Assembly (NCBI GenBank): GCA_038889235.1
Contig: JAWAHN010000001.1
Coordinates: forward strand, 404,499 to 436,498
Origin: Candidatus Jordarchaeales archaeon
GTDB taxonomy: Archaea > Asgardarchaeota > Jordiarchaeia > Jordiarchaeales > Freyrarchaeaceae
DNA: 32,000 bases
Reading direction: 5' to 3'
Part shown: piece after piece, positions 10,302 to 18,519 of the stretch
How the letters are laid out: every line of letters starts with the position of its first letter
Position numbering within the stretch: the stretch's first letter is position 1
Notes under the pieces: generated by a model
Databases searched by the model: none
What the model saw: only the letters and a program-made list of their open reading frames with translations
What the model was told of the DNA's origin: nothing
Program-made: the position numbers and the translations under genes

Positions 10302-11045
10302 TTAGGTGGGTTGTTTTGTGCCAGTATTGTTGGTTTGAAAAAGCCTTTTTAGAGTTTCGGTTTGGAGTTTGGTGAGGTGTATTACGTAGTTCATGTACTC
10401 GGAGGTTTTTAGCTTGCTTTTCCCTCTTTTGCGGACTTGGAAGGTGTATGGTGTTTCCACTATTTTTTGGAAGTTTCCTTTGGCGATTAGTTCGAGGAGT
10501 ATTTTGAAGCCTTTCGGGTTGAGTTCTAGTCCTTCCACTGCTTGTTTTTTGAAGACGAAAAATCCTGAAAGTGGGTCTTTCACCTTTCTGGCGCGTGGTA
10601 TTGTGAGAGTTGCCATGAGTGTTGCTACGCGTGAGACCAGGCGCCTCCACGTGGACCAGCCTTCCACGCTTCCGCCTTTGGTGTAGCGGCTGGCTATGAC
10701 TAGGTCTGCTCCGTTTATGATCTCTCGAAACATTTGGGGGAGGAGTTCTGGGGGGTGTTGTAGGTCGGCGTCCATAACTGCCACGGTGTCTCCTTCCGCC
10801 ACATTGAGCCCGTCTATTACTGCTGATGCGAGGCCGCGCTTACCCGCTCTGTGGACGACTTTTATGTTTCTGTACTTTTCGGCCAGTTTTTCAGCCAACT
10901 CTCCTGTCCCGTCGGGGCTGTTGTCGTCGACTATTATGAGCTCGTAGTTTATCTCGTTTAACGCTAAGCGGAGGCGTTCAACAAGTTCTCCTAGATTGTC
11001 ACGCTCGTTATATGTTGGAATTATGACGGACAGAAGCAAGCACAA
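10302..11045 (-). CDS. Polyprenol/dolichol-phosphate mannose synthase-like GT2 (DPM1 family)
   Basis: LSVIIPTYNE, IIVDDNSPDGT, KRGLASAV, VMDADLQHPPE, DLVIASRY, DPLSGFF and GFKILLE. Confidence 0.92.
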   Translation of the reverse strand: MCLLLSVIIPTYNERDNLGELVERLRLALNEINYELIIVDDNSPDGTGELAEKLAEKYRNIKVVHRAGKRGLASAVIDGLNVAEGDTVAVMDADLQHPPELLPQMFREIINGADLVIASRYTKGGSVEGWSTWRRLVSRVATLMATLTIPRARKVKDPLSGFFVFKKQAVEGLELNPKGFKILLELIAKGNFQKIVETPYTFQVRKRGKSKLKTSEYMNYVIHLTKLQTETLKRLFQTNNTGTKQPT

Positions 11046-11268
11046 ACCCCTCTTTCTTCAGAGAGATACAAGATATGATAGATAAGTGAGAAATAAGGTT
11101 TTTTATGTGAGAGCTCTTGACGACGGAAACCTTCTTGTTGCATGGTAACAAGGGGTGTTCGGTGTATGTCGGATTCCGATCACGCGTATTTGTCGCGTTA
11201 ATCGTCGTGGGAGTGAGGCATAAGCTTGCAGGCATTTTCTGAAGACACGAATTTGTGTTGTTTTCCTT

Positions 11269-12594
11269 TTGAAAACCCTTTTATACTGTTTGGTTTCCCT
11301 AACTTTGATGTTTTCCGGGATGGTGATGGGCTTGGAGTTGCTGGAGCTCATCAGGAAGGGTCTTAGGGTTAAGGGTTTCCTTTACGTTACTATTGGGAAC
11401 TTCGTTAATGCTGGGTTGGGTTTCTTGTTCTTCTTTATGGCGGCGCGTATAATGCACGTTGAAAATTATGGTGTTTTAAGTTATAATATTTCAGTTGGTT
11501 TCCTTGGCGTTGCGCTCACCGTCCTCGGGCTTCAGACCGCTATTATAACGTTTTACCCTAAGGAGAAGAACTTGGAGTTTGTGAAGCAAGCCGCTACTCT
11601 TAGTTTTTTGCTCGACTTTGTTGCATTGGTCGTCGTGGTAGTGGCGGTAGTCCTTTTTGACGCACCGCTCCTACCTGCAGCGCTCATCGTTTTTGGAGGG
11701 ACAGCGTTTAGCATGTATATCGGTTTCACCCTTGGAAGACAGGAGTACAAGAGCTACGCTTTACTCATAACGGTGATGAGAGTGGGACAATGCGTTTTCT
11801 TGGTCCTATTTTACCTTTTCGTCGCTTTCACCAGTTGGTTCATGGTTTGGCTGGAGGAGGCGATACTCCTCGCCTACGGTATTGCTTACTTGGCTGCTGG
11901 CTATCGCTACTTCAGGCTTCTCAATTTCAACCTTTCGTTTAACGAGGTTTACGCTAGGTGGAGGTTTTGCCTCCCGGCGGCTGTTTCAAGCGTGTTAACA
12001 GCATCCCTAGGAAGCTTGGATAAGGTAATTATAGGGTCTCTGTTTGGAATGCATTCGCTTGGCAACTACCATCTTGCCTTCCAATTTCTCACGGCACTGA
12101 TGGTTATTCCGACCAGTTTGTTCAGCTTTCTCCTCCCGGAGAAAGCTGGAGGGAGGGTTAGAAGGGAGGTGGAGGTGCTTGGCGTGGCTGTGGCGGTGTT
12201 GGTTAGCTTAACGGGAATCATAGCGGTTCCATTTTTCATTAAGGTGTTTTTCCCGGACTTTGAAGGGAGTATTAGCGCCATCCAGCTGCTCAGCTTGTCT
12301 GTCGTACCGGCGAGCATAGCGTACATAAAGTTGAGTGAGCTTTATAGCAGGGAGAGAGCCGACCTAGTGATGGCTTGCCATGCGGCTATGTTTGCTGTTT
12401 ACATAGCGGGTGTTGTTTTGCTTGGCGGCTGGCTTCAGATGGCCGGCTTCGCCCTATCCTATACCGCTGGGCAGATTGTTCTAGCCGTGATTTCATACGT
12501 GTTTACTACGAGCAAGTGGGAGAGGTGGGAGGCTAAAAGGAGGAAGAGACGAGAGGAAGAAGGACAAAAGGGGTGTGCACCCGCACAGATTTAG
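11269..12594 (+). CDS. Oligosaccharide flippase / polysaccharide biosynthesis protein (Wzx/MOP family)
   Basis: About 12 hydrophobic segments with ARIMHVENYG, LDKVIIGSLFG...LGNYHLAFQF; true start may be a few codons downstream (ATG near 11311-11326). Confidence 0.8.
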   Translation: MKTLLYCLVSLTLMFSGMVMGLELLELIRKGLRVKGFLYVTIGNFVNAGLGFLFFFMAARIMHVENYGVLSYNISVGFLGVALTVLGLQTAIITFYPKEKNLEFVKQAATLSFLLDFVALVVVVVAVVLFDAPLLPAALIVFGGTAFSMYIGFTLGRQEYKSYALLITVMRVGQCVFLVLFYLFVAFTSWFMVWLEEAILLAYGIAYLAAGYRYFRLLNFNLSFNEVYARWRFCLPAAVSSVLTASLGSLDKVIIGSLFGMHSLGNYHLAFQFLTALMVIPTSLFSFLLPEKAGGRVRREVEVLGVAVAVLVSLTGIIAVPFFIKVFFPDFEGSISAIQLLSLSVVPASIAYIKLSELYSRERADLVMACHAAMFAVYIAGVVLLGGWLQMAGFALSYTAGQIVLAVISYVFTTSKWERWEAKRRKRREEEGQKGCAPAQI

Positions 12595-12696
12595 TCTTCC
12601 TCTACACGGAAGGATGTTTCGATGAGCAGTTTCGCCGCATTAAAAATCGGTGTGAAGATTGGCTGTTGTCACGTTTTTCTTTTTAACGTTTTTAGC

Positions 12697-13593
12697 CTAT
12701 GTTGGTGCTACCACTTTGTTTCTGAGGGTTCCTATTTTTTCTATAGTAGCTTCCATGACGTCTCCGGGCTTTAGCAGTTTTGGTGGTTTTGAGTAAACTC
12801 CTACTCCCGCAGGTGTTCCCGTGGCTATAACGTCTCCTGGTTCAAGCGTCATGTCCGCTGAAATGAACGATACCAGAAATGGTATTTTGAATATCATGTT
12901 TCCGGTGGAGCTGTCCTGTCTGGTTTCGCCGTTAACTTTCATCTGTATTCTCAAGTTGTGCGGGTCGGGGATCTCGTCTTTCAGTGCTAGGCACGGCCCC
13001 ATCGGGGCAAACGTGTCGAAGCTTTTCCCCCTAAACCACTGAACTCCTCTGAACTGAATGTCCCTTGCAGAGACATCGTTGAACACGGTGTAACCTGCGA
13101 TGTAGTCGTATGCGTCCTCCTCCGAGATGTCCTTTCCTTTCTTTCCTATTATAACCGCCAGTTCGACCTCGTAGTCAACCTGGCTTGAGACCTTTGGGTA
13201 GATTACTGGGTCCTCGTGTCCTACTACCGCAGTTGCGGGCTTAGAGAACAGTATGGGTTCCTTGGGAGGCTCGAGCCCAGCTTCTTCGGCGTGGTCGGAG
13301 TAGTTTAACCCGAGACATATTATTTTTCCCGGTCTGGGTACGGGGGCCAGCAATTTTACACCAAGGATGGAGTGTACCTCGCCTCGTATGACGCCATTCT
13401 CTAATGCTTCTGGAATGGAGGAAGCGGCCTCCCTAATCTTTTCGAGCAGGGATTCGCCCGCGGATAGAACAGATGTCATGTCCAACATTTTTCCAGGCTC
13501 ACCTAGAAGAGTATCCAAGCTTACCACTTTGTCCCCGACCAGCACACCCACCTTAGGAAGGCCACCGGCAACGAACGAAACAAGCTTCACCAA
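12697..13593 (-). CDS. Fumarylacetoacetate hydrolase family protein
   Basis: KIICLGLNYSDHAEE, PILFSKP, VDYEVELAVIIG, YTVFNDVSARD, GKSFDTFAPMGP and LEPGDVIATGTPAGVG. Confidence 0.95.
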   Translation of the reverse strand: MVKLVSFVAGGLPKVGVLVGDKVVSLDTLLGEPGKMLDMTSVLSAGESLLEKIREAASSIPEALENGVIRGEVHSILGVKLLAPVPRPGKIICLGLNYSDHAEEAGLEPPKEPILFSKPATAVVGHEDPVIYPKVSSQVDYEVELAVIIGKKGKDISEEDAYDYIAGYTVFNDVSARDIQFRGVQWFRGKSFDTFAPMGPCLALKDEIPDPHNLRIQMKVNGETRQDSSTGNMIFKIPFLVSFISADMTLEPGDVIATGTPAGVGVYSKPPKLLKPGDVMEATIEKIGTLRNKVVAPT

Positions 13594-13871
13594 GCGGGAA
13601 CCCCCTCCTTTTTAAATTACTGAGGGCGCTTGTAAACACTAAAAGTTGTCCAAAGAGTTGGGGACTTTTCCCTCTGACGGCAGACTTCCAAGGACTATGG
13701 GTATTTTAAATTTAGCGTAACAGCTTCAGGAGGTGTGTCGCAACTGGAAACCGTGCTGGATGCGTTCTCCTTTCCAGCTGCCAGTGAGCCCTGTGTGAAA
13801 ACATCGCAGCGCACGTTCAAGGTGCAAATTCAAAGTTTCTTTTCAACATATTCTAGTCCGGCGTGTGCATG

Positions 13872-13966
13872 AAAAAGCTGGTGTACTCTCACAGCGGCTT
13901 CCAAGGGGGGTAATATTTATATTGCCAAGTGGTTTTTAGATTGGTGTTAAAAAAGCTGGTGTCTCT
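13872..13966 (+). repeat. Direct repeat AAAAAGCTGGTGT at 13872 and 13950, flanking a TATA box
   Basis: Exact 13-mer twice, 78 nt apart, each followed by (A)CTCT; candidate operator. Confidence 0.55.
13911..13923 (+). promoter_or_regulatory. Putative TATA box of the speD-bpsA transcript
   Basis: TAATATTTATATT with TTTATA at 13916-13921; implies a TSS near 13945 and a long leader. Confidence 0.45.
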
Positions 13967-13973
13967 TTTCGGA

Positions 13974-14156
13974 AGGGGAGATGGTACTACGAGTCTGGCT
14001 GCCCAGGATTTCAGCGAACCGTGAAAAGGTGGCCGGCCTCTCGGCGGCTTGGGTAGCCATTAGTAGGCTTCTCCCCTCACTTTTAAAGCGTCCCCCTCTT
14101 TCTTCACCCCATCCGAAGTGTTCTCCTCTTACTTCTTTAAAAAAGACAGTAGGAGG
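13974..14156 (+). ncRNA. Candidate structured cis-regulatory leader RNA upstream of speD
   Basis: Nested stems 13974-13981/14070-14077 (8 bp), 13985-13989/14061-14065 (5 bp) and 13996-14007/14048-14059 (12 bp, 2 G-U), two small apical hairpins, and a hairpin 14125-14156 covering the GGAGG SD. Confidence 0.45.
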
Positions 14157-14163
14157 TGGTAGG

Positions 14164-14523
14164 ATGATTCCTAGGGGACACCACATAATAGGCGAAGTTT
14201 TCGCCGACCCGGAAGTATTGGACGACTTGGAGTTTATTAGGGAAGTTTTTCTGGAAGCTACGAAAGTTGCTGGGTTAAACGTCTTGGACGTCAAGTTCCA
14301 CAAGTTTGAGCCAGTGGGGGTCAGCGGCATTATTCTGATATCGGAGTCGCATTTGTCTATCCACACTTGGCCGGAGGACGGGTATGCGGCGATAGACATT
14401 TTCACTTGCGGTGACGTGGAAAAGTGTTGGGAAGCTTACCGCCATGTATTGTCTAGGTTGAAGGTGAAGAGGCACATAGAACTAGAGATAAAGAGGGGGT
14501 TAATAGAAGAGTGGGATGGTTGA
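14164..14523 (+). CDS. speD: S-adenosylmethionine decarboxylase proenzyme (pyruvoyl-dependent, class 1B)
   Basis: GHHIIGE, HKFEPVGVSGIILISESHLSIHTWPEDGYAAIDIFTCG with the E|S autocleavage site; GGAGGTGG SD before ATG 14164. An arginine-decarboxylase paralogue cannot be excluded from sequence, but the bpsA neighbour favours AdoMetDC. Confidence 0.9.
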   Translation: MIPRGHHIIGEVFADPEVLDDLEFIREVFLEATKVAGLNVLDVKFHKFEPVGVSGIILISESHLSIHTWPEDGYAAIDIFTCGDVEKCWEAYRHVLSRLKVKRHIELEIKRGLIEEWDG

Positions 14524-15751
14524 CTGCTCATTGAAAGTTGCTATGCTAAGTGCTTTACTGCATGAAAATGTGGGGAAGGTGGTTTGGTTGAAAGTGGATG
14601 AAGTGTTTCTGGAAAAGTTGGTGAGTACTTGTAGGTCCTTAGTCCCCCATGACCCGAACCTTACGGTTTACGAGGTTTTGAGGCTACTTAGGATGCTAGA
14701 AAGGGGGACCACTCTGGGTGGTATAGCGTGTAAGATGAAGGTTTTATCGGTTATGAGTGTCCTGGGATTCCTCTACTATGAAGGAATGCTCAGCGTAGAT
14801 GGGGAAAAGCTCACCGTGAAGCTTCCGTCCAAAGTAGAGTGGAACGTTAAGTCGTTTGTTGAGCTGGAGATTCGTGGGACTGTTTACGCGTTCCCGAGGG
14901 CTGACGCGCTCGAAGAAGCCCTCAGAATGAGGGATAAAGGGTTGATATACGAGTTCTCGCAGCTACCAATAAACTACGACAGCTTGATGAGAAAGTTTGC
15001 TTTCATGCAGTCATTCCAGGACGTTGACGGGAAAGATATCATATTCATAGGGGACGACGACTTCCTAAGCGTCACATGCAGTTTGCTTGGGAGGCCTAAG
15101 CGCGTCGTGGTCGTAGACTTAGACGAGAAGCTCCTAGAGAACATAAAGGAGATTTCTAAGAAGTACGGGCTGGAGATAGAAACTTACAAGCACAATCTAG
15201 TCCACCCCCTCCCGGAGGAGCTTCAGGGCGCCTTCGACACGTTCTGCACGGATTCACCTCACTGTCTTGGAGGGATACTCCTCTTCGTGAGCCGGGGGGT
15301 TTCAGCGCTTAAGAAAAACACCGAGACCGCCGGCTATTTTGTCTTCCAGACCGTTGACGAACCCCTCCTAATGGAGTTTGAAACAAGGCAGAAGCTCCTG
15401 AAGTTTATAATTAACGACATGAACGGGGTAATCCAAGGAATGCTTCCGGCATCCATAAAGTACACGACTCCAAAGAATGAGGAGGAGAAACTCATGGCCT
15501 TTTTCCTGGAAGCGATAAAGCAGCCAAACCTGAAGAAATACTACGAGCATGTTGAAAAGATCGTTAAACCCTCTTCAAGGTTTATAGAGTTCTACCCAGA
15601 GTTCTCCATGGAGGCAGCCATGATAACAAGGGTGGTTTTCAGGGACCCCAAGCCCCTGATAGTCGGAGAATACGACAAAGAGGCGGAGAAAAAGTATGGC
15701 CCAATATACTCGTGGGCTATAATTGAGCAATACGCTGCAGGAGAAAAGTAG
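14516..15751 (+). CDS. bpsA: Branched-chain polyamine synthase (N4-bis(aminopropyl)spermidine synthase, DUF43 family)
   Basis: GKDIIFIGDDDFLSV, VVDLDEKLL and FDTFCTDSP motifs; overlaps speD by 8 nt. Confidence 0.8.
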   Translation: MVDCSLKVAMLSALLHENVGKVVWLKVDEVFLEKLVSTCRSLVPHDPNLTVYEVLRLLRMLERGTTLGGIACKMKVLSVMSVLGFLYYEGMLSVDGEKLTVKLPSKVEWNVKSFVELEIRGTVYAFPRADALEEALRMRDKGLIYEFSQLPINYDSLMRKFAFMQSFQDVDGKDIIFIGDDDFLSVTCSLLGRPKRVVVVDLDEKLLENIKEISKKYGLEIETYKHNLVHPLPEELQGAFDTFCTDSPHCLGGILLFVSRGVSALKKNTETAGYFVFQTVDEPLLMEFETRQKLLKFIINDMNGVIQGMLPASIKYTTPKNEEEKLMAFFLEAIKQPNLKKYYEHVEKIVKPSSRFIEFYPEFSMEAAMITRVVFRDPKPLIVGEYDKEAEKKYGPIYSWAIIEQYAAGEK

Positions 15752-15798
15752 AAAGCGGCTGGAAGTACTTGCAAAACTTTGAGCTGGGGTTCTGAAAG

Positions 15799-16086
15799 CT
15801 AAATTGCTTTTTGCTTGAGTACTTCAGCCCATATCTTCTGGACCAATTTTTTCCCTTCGGGGGTTATCTCAACCCATCCTGCTTTTGTCATCGTTGCAAA
15901 CCCCTTTTCGACCAGCCATTCCACGGTCTCTTCGGGGCTCATTTCTGCTTTACCACACGTCCACGGCCTGTGGGAGCGCTCGAGCCGTTTAACTATGTTT
16001 TTCAACCGTTCTCCCCTAGGTATTTGGGAGAGCAACATGAGGGCGCTTTTGACTTCTTCGGGGAGGTCGAAAACTTGATCCGACAA
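15799..16086 (-). CDS. Small winged-helix protein
   Basis: 95 aa with a wHTH-like C-terminal pattern (EWLVEKGFA...GWVEITPEGKKLV); purine-rich SD-like sequence upstream. Confidence 0.55.
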   Translation of the reverse strand: MSDQVFDLPEEVKSALMLLSQIPRGERLKNIVKRLERSHRPWTCGKAEMSPEETVEWLVEKGFATMTKAGWVEITPEGKKLVQKIWAEVLKQKAI

Positions 16087-16277
16087 AAAACATCACCCTC
16101 TCTTCATAGAAAAGAAAGAAGAACATAGTAATTAAAGTTTACCTATGAAACACGTAGTCGTAAAATAGTTTCGTTACTTAACCTTCCTCCACCTCTAGGG
16201 TTTCACCAATAAGCTGGGGGCCACCTTCCTTTTGGGGGCTGAACCGAGTTTCCATTTTCCTGTGAAGGGAAGCCGAG

Positions 16278-16292
16278 CGAAAAATATAAATT
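16278..16292 (+). promoter_or_regulatory. Putative BRE/TATA of the ferredoxin-AOR operon
   Basis: GCGAAAAATATAAATT about 50 nt upstream of the ferredoxin start. Confidence 0.4.
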
Positions 16293-16339
16293 GAATTTGC
16301 GTGAATTGTTCCCCTAACTTAAGGGGGTTCTAGGTATGG

Positions 16340-16675
16340 GTGGTTGTCTTCCGAAACAGTGGACTTAGCCGTGCTTCGGGCTCTTTTTCTAGTTTTGACC
16401 CCAGTTTTGCTGGGGGAAGCTCTAACAAGAGTGGGCACATAATCACGGAATTGGAGAAGTGTACTGGGTGCATGCTGTGCATGGTTGCGTGCGCCGTGGA
16501 GCACACGGGTTTGTTGAACCCTTCAAGGTCAAGGCTTAGAGTGGAGAACAGGCTTCCAGTGGTTGAGATCAGATTTCTCGAGGAGTGCGACTTGTGCAGG
16601 TCACTTGGAACAGACGTGCCTGTATGCGTTAGAAAGTGTCCAAGAGGAGCCTTGAAATGGGGTGGTAAGGCTTGA
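16340..16675 (+). CDS. 4Fe-4S ferredoxin-like partner of AOR
   Basis: CTGCMLCMVAC, CDLC and CVRKCPRGAL; 4-nt overlap with the AOR start; exact start uncertain. Confidence 0.85.
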   Translation: MVVFRNSGLSRASGSFSSFDPSFAGGSSNKSGHIITELEKCTGCMLCMVACAVEHTGLLNPSRSRLRVENRLPVVEIRFLEECDLCRSLGTDVPVCVRKCPRGALKWGGKA

Positions 16676-18519
16676 AAGGAGGATACATTGGACGAATGCT
16701 TGTGATCGACGTGAGCGATGGGAGCTACAAGGTTATAGACTGGACGACAGAGAAAAACGAGTGGCTAAAATTTGTAGGCGGAAGAGGGTTTGGAGCCAAA
16801 ATTGTTTGGGAGCAAACAGGTAAGCATACGAGCCCCTTGGGTCCAGAGAACGTGCTGGTGATGGCTGCCGGGCCGCTGACAGGGTTGCCCGTGCCCGGTC
16901 CTAGGATTTCGGTTTGCTCGCTCAGCCCGCTCACGGGAATATGGGGGGATAGCGCGGTAGGCGGGTTCGCCGGCCTCAAGCTTAAACAGTGCGGTTATGA
17001 TGCAGTAATCATCAAGGGAAGAAGGAAAAAATTCGCCTACCTGTACATAAGCGAGGACTGCGTAGAGCTCAGGGACGCCTCCCACCTTGTTGGTAAAGGC
17101 AGCATAGAGGCGCAAGAGGAGCTGAGGAAAGAGCACGGGAGCGGTGTTGCAACTTTAACAATAGGTCCCGCTGGGGAAAACCTTGTCCTCTTCGCCTGCA
17201 TAACCAGCGACTATGGGAGGCAGTCTGGCAGGACAGGTACTGGAGCGGTCATGGGGTCGAAGGGGCTTAAAGCCGTTGTTTTTGACGGAGACAGAGATGT
17301 CCCAGTGGCTGACGGAAGGGAGCTGCTCAGATTACTCGAGGAGGCTAAGGAGAGAATAATGACAGAAAATCATGAGCTCTACCGGCAGTTCAGCAAATAC
17401 GGGACAATGATGACTTTTGACTGGGCTCAAGATGTAGCTTGCCTGCCTACGAGGAATTTCCGCGAAAGCGTTTTTGACGGGGCTGAAGGAATAAACGCCA
17501 GTAGCGTTGAGGAAAAGGTTATGATGGGCAAGAGAGCGTGCTACGCGTGCCCGATATCCTGCAGGACCATTAGCGAAGTGAAACTCGATGGTGAGACTTT
17601 CTACCTCGACGGGCCCGAGTATGAAACCATGGCTCTCTTGGGCTCAAACCTTGGGATTAGCAACGTCTACGACCTTGTTGTGGCCCACTACCTTTGTGAC
17701 CACTACGGCATGGACGCCATATCAACCGGGGTAGTTGTGGGCTTTGCAATAGAGTGTGCACAGCGCGGGCTGCTGAAGCTTGACGGGTTGAAGCCTGATT
17801 GGGGAGACAGGGAGACTATTTTCAGCTTGCTTGAAAGCATTGCCTTCCGCAGGGGCATAGGAGGCATACTGGCCGAGGGAGTTAAGAAGGCCGCTGAGAT
17901 AATAGGGGGCGGCTGCGAGAACTACGCTATGCATGTTAAAGGACTTGAGCAGTCTGGGTATGAGACTAGGGCTGCTCCAGGAATGAGCCTTGCTTATGGG
18001 ACGTGCGATGTCGGAGCGCACCACAATAGGTCTACAATAATTGGCTGGGAGTCGAGAAACGACAGGCTCGGTACTGGAAGGGACAAGGTCGAGCTCCAAA
18101 TACTCCTCCAGCACCAGAGGAGCCTTTTCGACGCGCTTGGTGTTTGCAGGTTCCCGTGGTGCGAGACGAAGCTTCCATTCGAGTACTACGTGAAATATTA
18201 CAGAGCTGCAACAGGGATAGATGTAAGCGAAAGAGACTTGTTGAAGGCTTCGGAAAGAATATTCAATTTAACGAGGATGATAAGTGTCAGGCGGGGCATT
18301 TCGCGGAAAGACGACTACCCACCGAAGAGGGTTTTCAGTGAACCTCTCCCAAGCGGGCCATTTAAGGGAGTGAAGCTGGACTTAGAGAAGTACGAGCATA
18401 TGCTAGACATGTACTATGAGCTCAGGGGATGGAGCCGGGACGGAATCCCGACAAAAGAAAAATTGGAGGAGTTAGGTATACTAGAGCTCGTCGAGAAAGG
18501 GATGCAAAACTCATTCTAG
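16672..18519 (+). CDS. aor: Aldehyde:ferredoxin oxidoreductase family protein (tungstopterin)
   Basis: GGRGFG, SPLTG, IGPAGENLV, GRTGTGAVMGSKGLKAV, DGPEYET, CDHYGMDAIS, HVKGLE and YYELRGW. Confidence 0.93.
   Translation: MKGGYIGRMLVIDVSDGSYKVIDWTTEKNEWLKFVGGRGFGAKIVWEQTGKHTSPLGPENVLVMAAGPLTGLPVPGPRISVCSLSPLTGIWGDSAVGGFAGLKLKQCGYDAVIIKGRRKKFAYLYISEDCVELRDASHLVGKGSIEAQEELRKEHGSGVATLTIGPAGENLVLFACITSDYGRQSGRTGTGAVMGSKGLKAVVFDGDRDVPVADGRELLRLLEEAKERIMTENHELYRQFSKYGTMMTFDWAQDVACLPTRNFRESVFDGAEGINASSVEEKVMMGKRACYACPISCRTISEVKLDGETFYLDGPEYETMALLGSNLGISNVYDLVVAHYLCDHYGMDAISTGVVVGFAIECAQRGLLKLDGLKPDWGDRETIFSLLESIAFRRGIGGILAEGVKKAAEIIGGGCENYAMHVKGLEQSGYETRAAPGMSLAYGTCDVGAHHNRSTIIGWESRNDRLGTGRDKVELQILLQHQRSLFDALGVCRFPWCETKLPFEYYVKYYRAATGIDVSERDLLKASERIFNLTRMISVRRGISRKDDYPPKRVFSEPLPSGPFKGVKLDLEKYEHMLDMYYELRGWSRDGIPTKEKLEELGILELVEKGMQNSF

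Noticed and set aside
10201-10650. 149-aa minus-strand ORF overlapping the GT2 3' end
   Set aside because: Alternative frame of an A/C-rich gene with low-complexity K/T/N/R composition; the GT2 is already complete, so no frameshifted extension is needed
13735-13872. 45-codon GTG ORF upstream of the speD promoter
   Set aside because: GGAGGT abuts the start with no spacer; no motif
13996-14060. tRNA-like look on the minus strand (GGTTCG...AATCC...GCCA)
   Set aside because: No cloverleaf, T-loop spacing is wrong, and the stem has A-C mismatches on that strand
13981-14163. Calling speD as 180 aa from 13981
   Set aside because: Family homology starts at ATG 14164, which has a canonical SD; the extension is kept only as a speculative finding
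16190-16330. Possible Moco/tungsten-cofactor riboswitch before ferredoxin-AOR
   Set aside because: No match to the motif as I recall it, and the region lies upstream of the likely TATA box
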